Source: Lama glama
Taxonomy: Eukaryota
DNA length: 64,000 bases
Reading direction: 5' to 3'
Assembly: GCA_028534125.1 (NCBI GenBank)
Contig: CM052848.1
Location: forward strand, 9,672,001-9,736,000
Shown here: piece after piece, positions 1 through 12,120 of the stretch
Layout: every line of letters starts with the position of its first letter
Position numbering within the stretch: position 1 is the stretch's first letter
Translations under genes and position numbers: made by a program
The notes under the pieces: model-generated
The model's input: the letters and a program-made list of their open reading frames with translations, nothing else
Told to the model about the DNA's origin: nothing
Databases searched by the model: none

Positions 1-37
1 ATTAGGAAGTCAGGGCAACAACCTTCCCTCTGTTGGC

Positions 38-112
38 TGAGGACAGAGGCTCAAAGAGGTGCAATGACTTGCCTGCAGTCACACAGGCTTAGCTAGAAAT
101 CAGGTCTCCTTG
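38..112 (-). mobile_element. MIR SINE fragment
   Basis: GAGGCTCAAAGAGG...TGACTTGCC...GTCACACAG resembles the reverse complement of the MIR core; boundaries approximate. Confidence 0.6.
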
Positions 113-294
113 GGCTCCCATCCCCTCCCCTTTCTCCCACAGCTCACTGCCCACTCACCCCTCCCGCCTCCTCCCCACCCTCATGTACCTCTCCCTCTGT
201 GGGCACCAGGGCTCAGCACTTTTCAGCCTGGGAACAGATGGCCGCCTGAGAGCAGGCGGTGGACGTGGGGCTGGGGCCTGCGGATCTGGGGCCA

Positions 295-338
295 AGCAGC
301 AGCCAGGCAGGTGGTGGGACCCCTCTCCCCTGGGCAGC
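295..338 (+). repeat. 44-bp dispersed direct repeat, copy 1
   Basis: 41/44 identical to 1059-1102. Confidence 0.9.
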
Positions 339-1058
339 AGCCTATGGCTGTCTCCCAGTGGTGCTTAGAATCAGAGCTGCCCTGTGAAGGGGCCCAGGAA
401 CGCCTTCTGTGCAAACTCCCCCAGCGACCCGGAGTCTGAGCCTCCCCACCGCTCTGGCAAGAGCTCTCACCTCTTCAGCATCTCTGATGTTTGCTGGGCC
501 CCTCTGCATCCCCGCACCCCAGATCCACTCAGACTATGTCCTTCTTTCCTGGTTTATTGCCATTTCCCAAATTGCTTTCCTGCGTCCACTTTTGTCCCCT
601 TGCTGTGGACTCCCCACAGGCCACAGAGTGAGTCCTAAAATACACCAAAATACACTCCAGCCCTTCACACCTTTCACATGGGGCCCCAGGGACTTCTCCC
701 TGGAAACTGGTCCTACCTCTGTCTCCCGCTCACCTGGTGAAGGCATCACTCACCCTCACCGTGTTTTGCTGCTTTGTCGTTGCCTGTTTACTTTTCCTTC
801 CCTCCCTGTGGGGAGGACCTGGAGGGCAGGGGTGGGTCTGTCCAATCCTGTGCCTGGTGCGGGGTACTTATTCAACAGTATCACCCAGAGGTGTGATGGA
901 GCCAGTGTAGATGCAGGAGCGAGTCCAGCTGTCGGGGGTCCAGGCCTGGTCCTGAGGGTGGGGGCAGTGCATGAAGCTAGGGGGCTTCCGTGGGGTCCCC
1001 CAGGCCTCCCTGGTACTTGGTGTGGCTCAGTGTCTCTCCCTCAGCATCCTCCCGACAG

Positions 1059-1102
1059 AGCAGCAGCCAGGAGGGTGGTGGGACCCCTATCCCCTGGGCA
1101 GC
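1059..1102 (+). repeat. 44-bp dispersed direct repeat, copy 2
   Basis: 41/44 identical to 295-338. Confidence 0.9.
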
Positions 1103-3986
1103 TGTTTCAGATGCAGTAATTCTGGTAGGGCCTCCTGAGCTGGGCATCGGACTTGTAACAGGGCTTCATAGAGAAATAATTTCCTTTGGAAATGAATGTT
1201 TTGGATGAAAGGAGAGAGGACGTAAACTCCATGTACCCTAGAGCTGTACACATAATCACACAGTGTTTGGATTTTTCTCTCCAGAAAGGGAACACCCCTG
1301 TCATCATCCATCCACTCAATCTACTGAGCACACGTAGAAGGGGGTGCAGAGAAGTGGGGAGCGCTGTGTCCCTGGTGTATCTGGACAGCCCGGAAGTTAG
1401 AATACCAGTGAGTTCCAGTCGGCAGTGAAGCTCTGTGACTCTGGCACCCTCATCCCCCATTTCCAATTCAGAGGTGACTAACATTACTACAACCCCCCCC
1501 AAAAAAAAACAGAAAACACTACTGGAGTGATAATGGAAGAAAAAAAATTCCTGGGCAAATCCCCAGTTGCGTCATCTTTTGGTTTCAGTGAATAAGTGTG
1601 TCTCAAACTGGCAACCTTTTTACCTAAAAGCCAGGTTTGGCAAATCCAAAGAACTGGGGCTGGGTGCCTGGCTCGGCACCCGGGGGTGGCCGACCTGAGT
1701 GAGTTCTCTAGACGATCACACGTGAGGATACCCCCTCGTGGTCTCTGATCAGCATCTTCCAGGCCGCAGAACCAGCAGAGCCCACGTCTGTTGGGAGGGA
1801 ATTGAACTGAGCTGTCTGCACTGCCCCAGCCAAAAGCTTAAGATCTGCCAGAAACGAAGAGATTCGCAGGTGAGGACATCACAGACTTTCCGAGAACCTC
1901 ATTCCGAACTCAGCAAGTTGACCAAGCTGTGGGCGAGGCTGCTCTTCTTTGTTTTTCATTAATTGATGTGTTTGAAGAATGAGATTTCAAGATGCGTTAT
2001 ACATCCACCCTGGTTCCTGCAGAGACTTTGAAACACACCTCATTAGCTTTGCTGGGTCCAGCCGTCAGGTCAAGGGGTGTTCCTTCCTGTTGAATTTTTA
2101 TGCACATGAGATGGAATCGAATTTGTTCCCACTTACTGATCTGCGTAAATGTGCTGTGATGTCTGAGGATGAGGTAACTGGATCCACTGCCATAATCATC
2201 TGCTAACATTTTCAAGGAGAGAGGCCGAGGCCAAGGCCATCGAAGGCAGTTTATTATGAATAATGCCATCTGGACTTACTTGGATAAAATTATTTTCTAA
2301 CATAGGAGCTCTCTGCCTCCAGAAATTTAAATCAACGATGAGTCATTCACTTGAGTTGCTGATTTTCCAGGTTGGATCACATGCCCACCAGAGCCTGCGG
2401 TAGTCAGGTCGACCCAAATCGGATTAACTGAATCCAGAATGGGAAAGAGATGGAGCGTCCCTGAAAAATCAGGTTGCCGATGACTAAGAAAGGTAGGGGG
2501 GACACTGGTCAGGCAGGACCAGCTGGTGCCCACTGAAGTCGGCAAGAGGCAGAGGAGGGTGCCTTACCCCCAACCCTGTCCTCCAGCACCTCCTGGGCAG
2601 ATGCTTTTAGGCCAGACGCTAAGGACACAAGCTGCATGCCCTTGCTCGTTCATTTAGCTGTCCAGTCATGGACCAGGACCTGATACTGCCGAGGACGCCA
2701 AGTGAGCAAGCTGTGGTCCTGGTTCTCAAAGATCTGAGTGTTTTGCATGGTTCATACTCGTAGACCTGTCGTGAGCCAGGAGCCAGGGGTGAAGTGATAC
2801 TTTTCCTCTTGCTGGAATCACCTTATTTCCTCTTTCTAGCAAAGACGGGTGAAGAAACCTGTCCGTTGTAGAGAAGGCATCTGATGCTCACCGAGGTCAT
2901 GAGTTGTCCTCATTACGCATGGGGAAAGGCGGTTTCAATGACAGTGCACACTGTGGTCCTTGTAAGTGGGGCCAGGCAGAGGCACTGAGAACACACTGGT
3001 TCAACTCATGTCATGATCTCTGTATCCAGGACGGTCCCTCGCCCCGACCCAAGCAGAGGACCAGCCCTGGGCGAGTGTTTGCTGGGCCACAGCAGCGTTT
3101 GCCCCGACTCCTTCAGTTTTTAGTTCCCTGCGTACTGAGCATGTTTGATTTTTTAAAAATCGTCGTTTTTTTCCTTCCAATGAACTTACTCATGCTCTTT
3201 GAACTTCAAGATGGAAAAATCAAAGTCAGAATCCAGAAGTTTCCCGGGAGCTCCTGACCTACTTCTGGGGAAACCAGTTCTTGTGGGAAGTACACACAGG
3301 GAACTGTTGCCAAAGGTTTCACACAGATGCTGGCGCAAGCGTCCCTGAGGCTGGGCACCTGGGGGCCCCTCCGGGAGTCAGCGCACGAGCAGTCACGTCC
3401 AGCGCCATGCTTGGCTGGGTTCTGCCTCAGTGTCCAGACCAACACTGAGGGCACGGGTGGGACCTGCCAGGCCACTCTCCTCCCTGCCCTGCCCCCCCAC
3501 CTCTCCATGACCTCCGGCACAGCCCTGGGCTCTCCCCGGCCGGAGCCAGGTGACCTGAATGGAAAGCAGGACTCAGTGTCCCACTCATCTTGGAACTCAG
3601 TCCCAGCAACTGGTTACCTTGCTGCCAACCAGGTAGCTGTGCCTTTGTGCGCAAACCCTGGTCTAGACAATCTCTCTATTCCCGTGGACTCCCCTGGCCC
3701 TGCGCTGGCCCCAGCAACTGGAGGTGACTTCTGCGCCTTTGCATCTGGGGCCTCACCCTGAACCCTGGTGACACACGGAAGCTCTGACGTGGCCTGTTCC
3801 TGGATGCCTGTCGGGGCACATCCTTACTCTCCACTCCCTCCTACATTCCAAGGCCACAGCCAGTGACCTGACCGCCATCTTGCATATGATACCATGAATG
3901 GACTTTGTAATCCTGATGCTTCTTTCCTGGAGAGGAAAATTAATTTCCATATTTGGTGATTTCCTTTGATAGATTTGACTGTTCAT

Positions 3987-3988
<2 letters not shown>

Positions 3989-4050
<62 letters not shown>
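3989..4050. repeat. Compound microsatellite (CA)14(CT)13
   Basis: Read directly from the sequence. Confidence 0.98.
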
Positions 4051-5509
4051 ACAGTTTGAGACGGAGCCCGGAAACAAACTGCACAGAAAGGCTCATGCTG
4101 GCTCAGGACTTGCAGCTCTGAAAGCCGCCCTGCCCACCCCCCGTGGCCCAGTGACCTGTGGGTGGGCGTTTGCCCCACTTCGTGCTCAGAGGGGGTTAGA
4201 TTGCCGCTCTGAGTTAGAGCACGTTCTGCCTTCCCCAGACTTCTGGGCACCGGGTTTCTGCGTATGAGATGGAGCCGGCCAGGACTGTGGTGTGGAAGGT
4301 GGACATGCTTGCAGGTGCCCTTGCTTCGTGGGGTTCCCGTGAGGATTAGAAGAAAACTGGAGTGAGGGCCGAGCCTAGAGCCCGGCTCCCAGCGTGTGCT
4401 CAGGGATGCCAGGTGTGCCTGTTACTGCCCCCAAGGGGGCGCCCGCTGGCGGGACTCTCACTGAGACTTCCACAAAAGCCTCCTCCGCCCGGGTCCCGCG
4501 TCTCTCTGTGAACTGCATTCTGCCACCTGGCTGCCCTGGGTGGGGCTTTCTTGGTCTTTTCCTACCTGACTCTCTGGCTCATTCCAGGAAGTGGGGACCT
4601 TCCATTCGGACAGGACTCTCCCCAGGTCTGGAGAGCTGCCTTGGAGTTGGAGACCCAGTTCAAACTCCAGCCCCACCCGGGCCAGCTGAGAGGCCCTGGG
4701 AACACCTTTGTCTTCCAAGGCCCGTTTCCCCATCTTTGAAATGATGAGAACAGCACCAGCCTTATGGGTTCGCCGAGGAAAGGAACCATCCGGATATGGG
4801 CAGCACTTAATTCCAGCTCAGCCAAGGACAGCTGCTGCTTCTGGGTTACTCAGTGACTGCCCTACACATGCCTGTCATCGTTGTCACCTGTGACATCTCT
4901 GTGACACTCCTTGCTGAGGAGGAAACCACGGGAGGTTCTTGAGAGGAACCCGTATCAAGAAGAGAGTCGTGGAGTTATCTTCAGAGGGTTTCCAGTGGCT
5001 CAGCTGCACCTGTCCCTTGCACGAGCCTTCCTGGGTGTGTAGGAGCAAGCACACCGGCTTCCGCACCACGGGGCTGTGCTGTTCGCTGTCCTGCTCACAC
5101 CTTCTCTCAGCTGCCTTGTTTATTCCCTCCTGTCCTCATCCTGCAGGACTGGAGGCTCCTTGGGGACAGAATCCCCTTCAAACAGAACATCCCGTAGTCT
5201 CCATGATTTTATCTGCTCTGCGTGTGATGATCGCATCACTTCTCCACTGTGTGTGGGGTGGCTGAGTGAAGCTGAGAGCGTAGGTGCCTTGATTACTGAT
5301 TCAAAGCCGTGTGTTCGGACTTGCACACAGGGACCCCTCCAGGTCCCCGACCAGCCCCCGGCCCCTGTTAGTCGTCATGACCATCCTCCTCAACTGTCAG
5401 TAGGGCAGCCGTATCATTGGTCACTCAGACGGGCACAGTTCTGAATGTGAAAGCAGGGCTGGTGATAATTCCTCCAGGACAGCAGGTGGGACCAACTACG
5501 ACTGTCACC

Positions 5510-5715
5510 CCATTTATTGAACAAACACCGTGGAAGACTCCATGCTGAGCATTTTGCTTACCTTATCCCTAATCTGTGAAAAGCTCTGTTAGGTGTAACT
5601 GTCTCTTCTCACTGCATAGATCAGAGTTCTGAGGCCCAAGAGAGGAAAGGACCCAGACCAAGGCTATCTCACCTGTGAGGGGCAGAACCAGGCTGCCTGT
5701 ACCCGGAGCTGGGCC
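5510..5715 (-). mobile_element. MIR SINE (degenerate)
   Basis: CATTTATTGA...TGAGGCCCAAGAGAGG...CCAAGG layout of antisense MIR. Confidence 0.5.
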
Positions 5716-7034
5716 TGTGACCACCTGCTGACCTGCCCTCTGCTCACTCACTGGACACAGCAAATGCCCGTGGAGTAGCCCCGTTACACAGACAGTTGGC
5801 GAGGCACAGAGACCAGGAGGGTAACGTGGAATTCTGGGACCTCTGGCCAGGCTGGGAGTCCGACAGCTCTCAGGGCCCTTTGTTTATCCTGCTCTGCCCA
5901 GACCTGTCGGGGTAACTCCCAGATCCCGGGGTGATGTGAGGAGCACTGTGGATTTGGGCTTCTGCAAGTGCTGGTGGCCCCCTCGGGTTAGTCCAGGAGC
6001 CGTCGTCTCCGGCTCAGTTCCACGGCTGGGGAGCGGGATGCCCTGTTCCCACCGAGGGAGCTGGAAATAGTTCAGGCATTTCTCATTCTTGTTCAAAACA
6101 GGGATTAGCCCAGGTGACCCCAATGGCCCCACGTGGGCTCCGCGTGTCCGCTGACAATAATTGACAGTGGGACAGCTATCTCCACATGGGCCATCACGCT
6201 GCAGCATCTCCACGCGCTCACCAGGACAGAAGGCCCCTGGGAGTCCGTGGTTGCGTAGCCCACCTGCTGCTCCTCCGGCCGCCTCTTCCCGGCTCCCCTC
6301 GAGTCTCAGCAACCCTGCTCTCCTCCAGGAACCAGGCAGCCAGAGAGCCCGCACTCCAGGGCCATGGCCACAGCGTGCTGTACGGTGGTCATGAGCACCC
6401 AGGGTTGTCTTGAAATGCACTTACCCAAAGTGCCAGTGTCAGAATGGACAACCAGGAAAGAAGACACAGAGAAATACCACAGTCAAATTTAGAAAAAGGG
6501 AAGGTGCATCGATCTTCTTTCTTTACATTTCTACTTCTAAGCAATTGAAAGGCCACCCTGCGTGGTGATTCTCTCTCCATCCCTGTGCTCCTGGCGCATG
6601 TTTCTAATCCCTCTTCTTGGGAATTTCCTGAGGAGAACACACTATTTTACTCCTCATAAAGAGCTTCTGTGACCAAAGACACAATCCAAAATACCACATG
6701 CTTTTCTACTCTGTGTTACTGGACGATTGTAGGTTGTCCGGGCAGTGGTGCTACGGACTGGACAATAGGACTTCCACCCCATGCAAGCCTCATGCATGCA
6801 CAGCGTCCAAATCTACCACGTGATTTTTATAGACGCTTCTCCTTCTTAATTACATGACAGTGTGATACTATTATTTTCATCACCAGTCTCTTTGCTAACA
6901 CATATCCAGCCCTGAATGTCCCAGGTTCTGTCCTGATTCCTCTGTATTTATGATCATATTGAATGCTGCCAACAGCTTTGCGGTGGAGTTTTAGTGAGGA
7001 TAACAAGAGCTACTTTAAGAAAGAGATGCAAAGA

Positions 7035-7242
7035 GGGGAGGGCATAGCTCAGTGGTGGAGTGTGTGCTTAACATGCACAAGGTCCTAGGTTCAATCCCCA
7101 GCACCTCCATTTAAAAAAATTAAAAATAAACTGAATTACCTCCTCACAAGGTCCTGGGTCCACTCCTCAGTCCCTCCATTAAAACAATTTTTTTAAAATA
7201 AACCTAATTACCTCCTCCCCCCAAAAAAATATTTTAAAAGAG
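7035..7242 (+). mobile_element. Camelid tRNA-Ala-derived SINE (Vic-1 type) with duplicated 3' half
   Basis: GGGGAGGGCATAGCTCAGTGG A-box head, GGTTCAATCCC B-box, A-rich tail; 15-bp TSD AGAAAGAGATGCAAA at 7018-7032 and 7243-7257. Confidence 0.9.
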
Positions 7243-8544
7243 AGAAAGAGATGCAAAAATGCGACGGCTCTAACCAGATTGAAGATGACTTCTCCCTCAC
7301 GTGACAGTCTGTGTTCCAAGTTGGAAGGCAGCATCGTGGGGGTGGACGGCGGCTCTGGTCTTGTCTACATGTGCCTTCCAGAGTGGCTCGGTCCCTGCTG
7401 CTCAGCCATCAGAAACAGAGAACAAGAGGGCGGAGGAAGACACCTAGAAATAGCACGTGGCAGCTCCACTCCTCCCAAGGGAGAGGGTGGAGTCACAGGA
7501 CCATGAGGTGAGGGAGGCGGGGAACGTGGTCCAGCACCAGCCCTGCCCTGCAGCAGTTGGAGGGTGTGGAGAAGGGAAAGAGCCAGGGACTTCCAGCACT
7601 GGGAGCAGCCTTTTCCTGATGAGGAGACTGAGGCACAGGTGGAGTGAGGAGCCCCTCCAAGAGCCCAGACAGTGAATGTGGAGCTGGGTTGGTGCTCAGG
7701 TTGTCCAGCCTCAGATCCATGCTTTCAGTCATCATCCTTTATTGGATTCATAATTAAATATTAATTGTGACAGATGACACCGATCTTCACACCTACTGTG
7801 TCCTTCTGCCCCAAAGTGTCAAAGCCACTCATTCGTCCTGAAAGTACCCTGAGACATCTGACACCAGACTCTTGAGTCTAAAGCGAGAGCTGAGACTCTG
7901 CAGAGCCCTGAGGAGCCGGCAGGGACTGCTCGGACAAGAGACTGGCCGGTGGGCAGGACCAGTTTCCCAAGGGCCAGGAGGACATGACTTTGTCCTCCGT
8001 CAACTCTGGGCTGTGGGGATGCTTCAGCCAGAACTGTGAATCGGGAGAACTCCGGGGCCAGCGGCAGCCCACAGCTGCAGTTAACACTTCCTTCAGCCAG
8101 GCACCCTCTCCTCGGAGGAATTTTCACACTCGTTGCATCTTAAAGAGCTCATTGCTACTCTCAGCAGCTCCTTCTTGTCGTGGACCATTTCATAGATCTC
8201 TTCTCTCCCCTTGGACAGCATCGTTAGTGCGGGGCTAGGAGGTGGAGAAGTTGGGAAGTCAGAAGAACAAAGCTGCAGGTGCCATTTGGTGGCAATTTCC
8301 AGTTATGGGGTGTCTATTTCCAGTTGTGGGGCATCTCCCACGTGCAGCCGGCAGGCGGGCAGGTCTCCAAGGTCCTGGCCAGGAGGCGGCAAGAGCCTGG
8401 CAGAGGCTTGGAAACCCATCCCTGGGTTCCCTATGCAAGGACTAAAGCATGTCTCCTGAATTTCTCCTCTTCGTTTCTTTGTTAATCCCACCTATGAAAG
8501 TGGATCCATTCAATTTTTTTTTTATCCATAAGAGGGTATTAGGA

Positions 8545-9330
8545 CCAATCCCTGGGATGAAATATTCTGCAGCAATTCCAAAGTACGAGATAGATACTCT
8601 ATACAGCAATATATAGGGCTGGGAAGGACCAGACAGCGAGCAGTGAGGTAAGAGGAGAGCCTGGAGAGGAAGAGCCCCGGAGACCAGGGCAGAGGAGCTT
8701 CAAGAGGGAGGGAGAGGCCAGCTGTCACAGATGCTCCAGGTACAACCCATGCAGGGTTAGAGAGAGAGAGAGATGTAGACGTGGATATACAGGCCCACCT
8801 TGGAGATACTGTGAGTTCAGTCCAGGCCCCAGAATAAAGCGAACATTGCAATAAAGCAGGTCACACAAATGTTTTGGTTTCCCAGTGCATATAAATGTTA
8901 CGTTTATGCTGCATGGTAGTCTGTTCAGGGTACAATCTCATTGTGTCTAAAAAACAATGAAAAAGACTTTTTTGCTAAAAAATGCTAGCCATCCTCTGAG
9001 CCTTCTCCCAGTCGTAATCTTTTGCAATAGCAATCACAGATCACCATACACACGTAGTAATAATAGTGAAAAAATTTGAAATACGGTGTGAATTATCAAA
9101 ATCTGACCCCGAGACACGAAGCGAGCAAACACTGTTGGAAAAATGGCACTGAAAGACTTGCTTGGCACAGGGTTGCCACAAAGCTCCGGTTTGTGAAAAA
9201 CACAGCATCTGTGAAGCACAATAAATTGAAGTATGCCTGCGTGTGTATATATATTATATACACACTCGACACCAGACATGTAAATGCATGGAGCATTCTG
9301 GAAGCATACAAACCAAACTGTTAGGGATTG
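8545..9330 (+). mobile_element. Old L1 (L1ME-like) 3' UTR remnant interrupted by Tigger
   Basis: ATGAAATATTCTGCAGC...GAGATAGAT on the left and ATGCATGGAGCATTCTGGAAGCATAC...AAACTGTTA on the right resemble L1ME 3' ends. Confidence 0.45.
8790..9239 (-). mobile_element. Internally deleted Tigger1 (Tigger1a_Art-like) non-autonomous DNA transposon
   Basis: TIR-like ends CAGGCCCACCT.../...GTATGCCTG, TA at the left end, both Tigger1 subterminal regions present in ~450 bp, no transposase. Confidence 0.85.
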
Positions 9331-11542
9331 AGTTTGCACGAGGAGGAAAGGGAACTTCCTCTTGTCCTCCTGTGTCAGGCGTCTGTGTGGTCCTCATGTA
9401 ATTAAAAAACAGGAAAAATAAGTGTAAAAGGTAGGGAGATCTCCAGTGGAGAGGGCCTCTCCCTGCAGGACCTTCCTGCAAGGGGGCTCAGGGTGCCCCA
9501 GCCCAGACTTCTCCCTTCCGTCATCACAGGCACCCACCCTTCCTTCTCCATGACCTGGGGCTGACTCCATACTCCAGACCTGTCAGCACAGCCCCATTCT
9601 GACCCCTGTCTGCCTCCCTGCCCCGGCAGCTGTCTCCTTCCAAACCAGTTAACACAGGCAGGAAAAAGTAATTCCACGATTGGTTGCAGTTCTCTGTGAA
9701 GGTATAAATTATATGTGACACTGTGACATTTGCAACAGACTGCCACGTTGATTTGGTTTTTGTCTGTGGCAGTTCTTTTATCAATAAGCTTTTTTCCCTG
9801 AGCTGTTTCAGACTCTTTTTTGTGCAGATGATTGAAGACATTCTGGAAATTTCTTTCTTTTTGAACGATGCATTTCATCCAGATACCCTAAACCTCTGAG
9901 GCAAAACAAATACAGCTCATGCACATGCGCACATACAAACACACACACGCTTTTTCAGTCTCTTGTCAGGCTGAGAGTCTCAGGGTAAATGAGCCAATTT
10001 GTTTTAATTTAAATATGAAAGTGGGAGAAGTAAACCTAATGGACATGCATGAGAGAACACAGAGCTCTAAGCTAGGGAAAAAAAGAAACAAAGATGTATT
10101 TGTCACATCTCTCGTGATAAATGATGTTTGTGCAATTAAACAGAACCAGCCCGGCGGCTGTGAACACCTCAATGCATTATATTTTTATCTGCAGGGCCGT
10201 TAGCCTCATGTTTCCTGTCATAGACTCTAAACATCACAGGTCCGTGGAGGAGGGGTGCTTTGACTGCAAGGATGCTGAGTTATGCCAAGCCATACAGAAA
10301 AGTAGGTCAGTGGGTCACCCATACAAACCTGAACAGAAATGACGTTTGACCCCTGTGAGCACAGTGCTCCCAGAGCCCAAAGAGTGGCTGATGGAGACCC
10401 TGGATGGAGGAGGCCGGATGTGAGGCAGCTGCATCCCAGGGAACAAGAAAACTTGGGGGAAACCCAGGGTTTACGTGGAGATGCAGGAAGAGTGAGAGAT
10501 GGGCCTAGAAGCATTCCTCTGGAGCTCAAAGCTGTGGACATCTGTGGCCCAGAAGAGAGGAGTGCACACGTGGGTGGAGCCCAGAAATCTGGAGGACTCG
10601 CCCCTTACAGCTGTGGACATCATGGACGTTGCTTGGAGCTGAATCCAAGAGCAAGTAGATGAACGAAGGTCTAATATGAACTTTCAGCGCTGTGAGGGAG
10701 CTTAGGTGCTATTAGGCTCAACCTCCCACACTGAGCAAGAATTCCCTCTCCAGGACCCTGGACAGCGGGCCCGAATGTCCAGCTCCTCCCAAACTCAAGG
10801 AGTGGTGGGCGTTCAGGGGTACGTGGGTTCCTTCATGATGAAGGTTCCTGGTCCAGAGTGGGTGGGCTAATCCACTGGATCGAGCGGTCCCCCTTCCTCT
10901 CTCATGTCCTGTGCGTGAGCCTTCCCCGCCTGCAGCTCCATGCATGACCTCCCCCTACAGACACCCTCCTTGGGACAAGTATGTGCAAGTGACTGCACTC
11001 CCCTGGGGAAACCCAGGACAGGTGACACCGACATTGGTTTCCCAATCCCCAAGTGGCCACCTTTTGGTCCTGCTTCTGTCCTTGGAGCCGCAGAGGCCAC
11101 ATCCTTTCCCTTCCTCTCGAACCCTGAGTCCACAGACAGCATGCCCTCAGTCCTCCTGTTACTCAGCTGCACATTGTGCGGTGGGTTCTCCTGTAACGTA
11201 GTTTCTGGCACCTTCAATGTCCTGGTCACCTTCAGATCTGGCTGTGCCTCCTTTCAATTCCGAGTTGTGACCTGTGCATGAATGGAGGGAGAGAGCCAGG
11301 AAGCCTTTATCCAATCAGTACTGTGTCTGACTCCAGAAGCGTGAATTGGACTGAAACAATGTAAGCAGTTTTCGGAGATTTTCCAGAACAGGTTGAGAAA
11401 GATTGGCAGAATCCCAGGAGCTGGAGAGTTGTGACTCAGAGGAGGAGGACCGCCTCCCGGGTGAGGACACCAAGAGAGGAACAGGCGGCTAGAACCGCCC
11501 TGGGCCACGGAGGCTGCTTAGGGGCAGGGAGGCCTGCCTTAC

Positions 11543-11662
11543 CTTGTCCGGGCCGTAGCCCTTGACCTCTACCGTGATGCTTCTCAGGGCTACTTTGTGA
11601 TCAGCTGCAGAGTCTTCTACGCCTGGGAGCTGCTCTCTCTAACCAGGAATCTTCCTTCACAC
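11543..11662 (-). other. Candidate 120-nt exon (non-coding or small-ORF)
   Basis: Acceptor TATTTTCTCCAG|G and donor AAG|GTAAGG on the minus strand; stops in all three frames. Confidence 0.3.
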
Positions 11663-12032
11663 CTGGAGAAAATACGCCAGGTCTCAAGTCCTGGGCCTCA
11701 GGACAATGTGCCTCCCATGTGGACTGTGGGGCAGGATGGGACCCCAGGTTCGTTCCCTGTGTGTCCCTCACCGGGAGAAAAGGGCCCCAGTGTTCCTGCT
11801 CTGAGCCCGCCTGTCCCCACCATCACGCGGCCCCTACTCCGCCCACAGGCCGCCGGGCTCTGGGCAGTTACTCCTCATGTCTGACCTGCCTTCACGTGCT
11901 TCACTGGGAGGTGATCTCAAACCTTCCCCTGGAGAATCCTCCTCTTTTCTTGTGCTCACTTCCACAGCTTCTGCCCTTTTCTGGACTTCAGGTGGCAAAA
12001 CTTAAGCTGCAATTTTATCACAACTGCCTTAC

Positions 12033-12120
12033 CTGCAGTTACTGCTTCCATTCCCCGGGGAGAGGTGGCTTTGTGGAGGCCTCAGACCCTTCCCCAGGCT
12101 TCCTGCACACTGATATCAGT
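12033..12120 (-). other. Candidate 88-nt exon
   Basis: Acceptor TTTACTTGCTCTCCAG|A and donor CAG|GTAAGG on the minus strand. Confidence 0.3.

Noticed and set aside
409-1119. 236-aa ORF
   Set aside because: No recognisable domain, begins at a non-ATG codon, and has the Pro/Gly/Leu-rich composition typical of chance ORFs in GC-rich DNA.
9739-9773. ACTGCCAC/GTGGCAGT hairpin as a pre-miRNA
   Set aside because: The stem is only 8-9 bp and does not extend.
11617-11661. SH2-like motif CEGRFLVRESSSQ on the minus strand
   Set aside because: A stop follows immediately, and no SH2 betaC/betaD-like sequence appears in any frame; probably chance.
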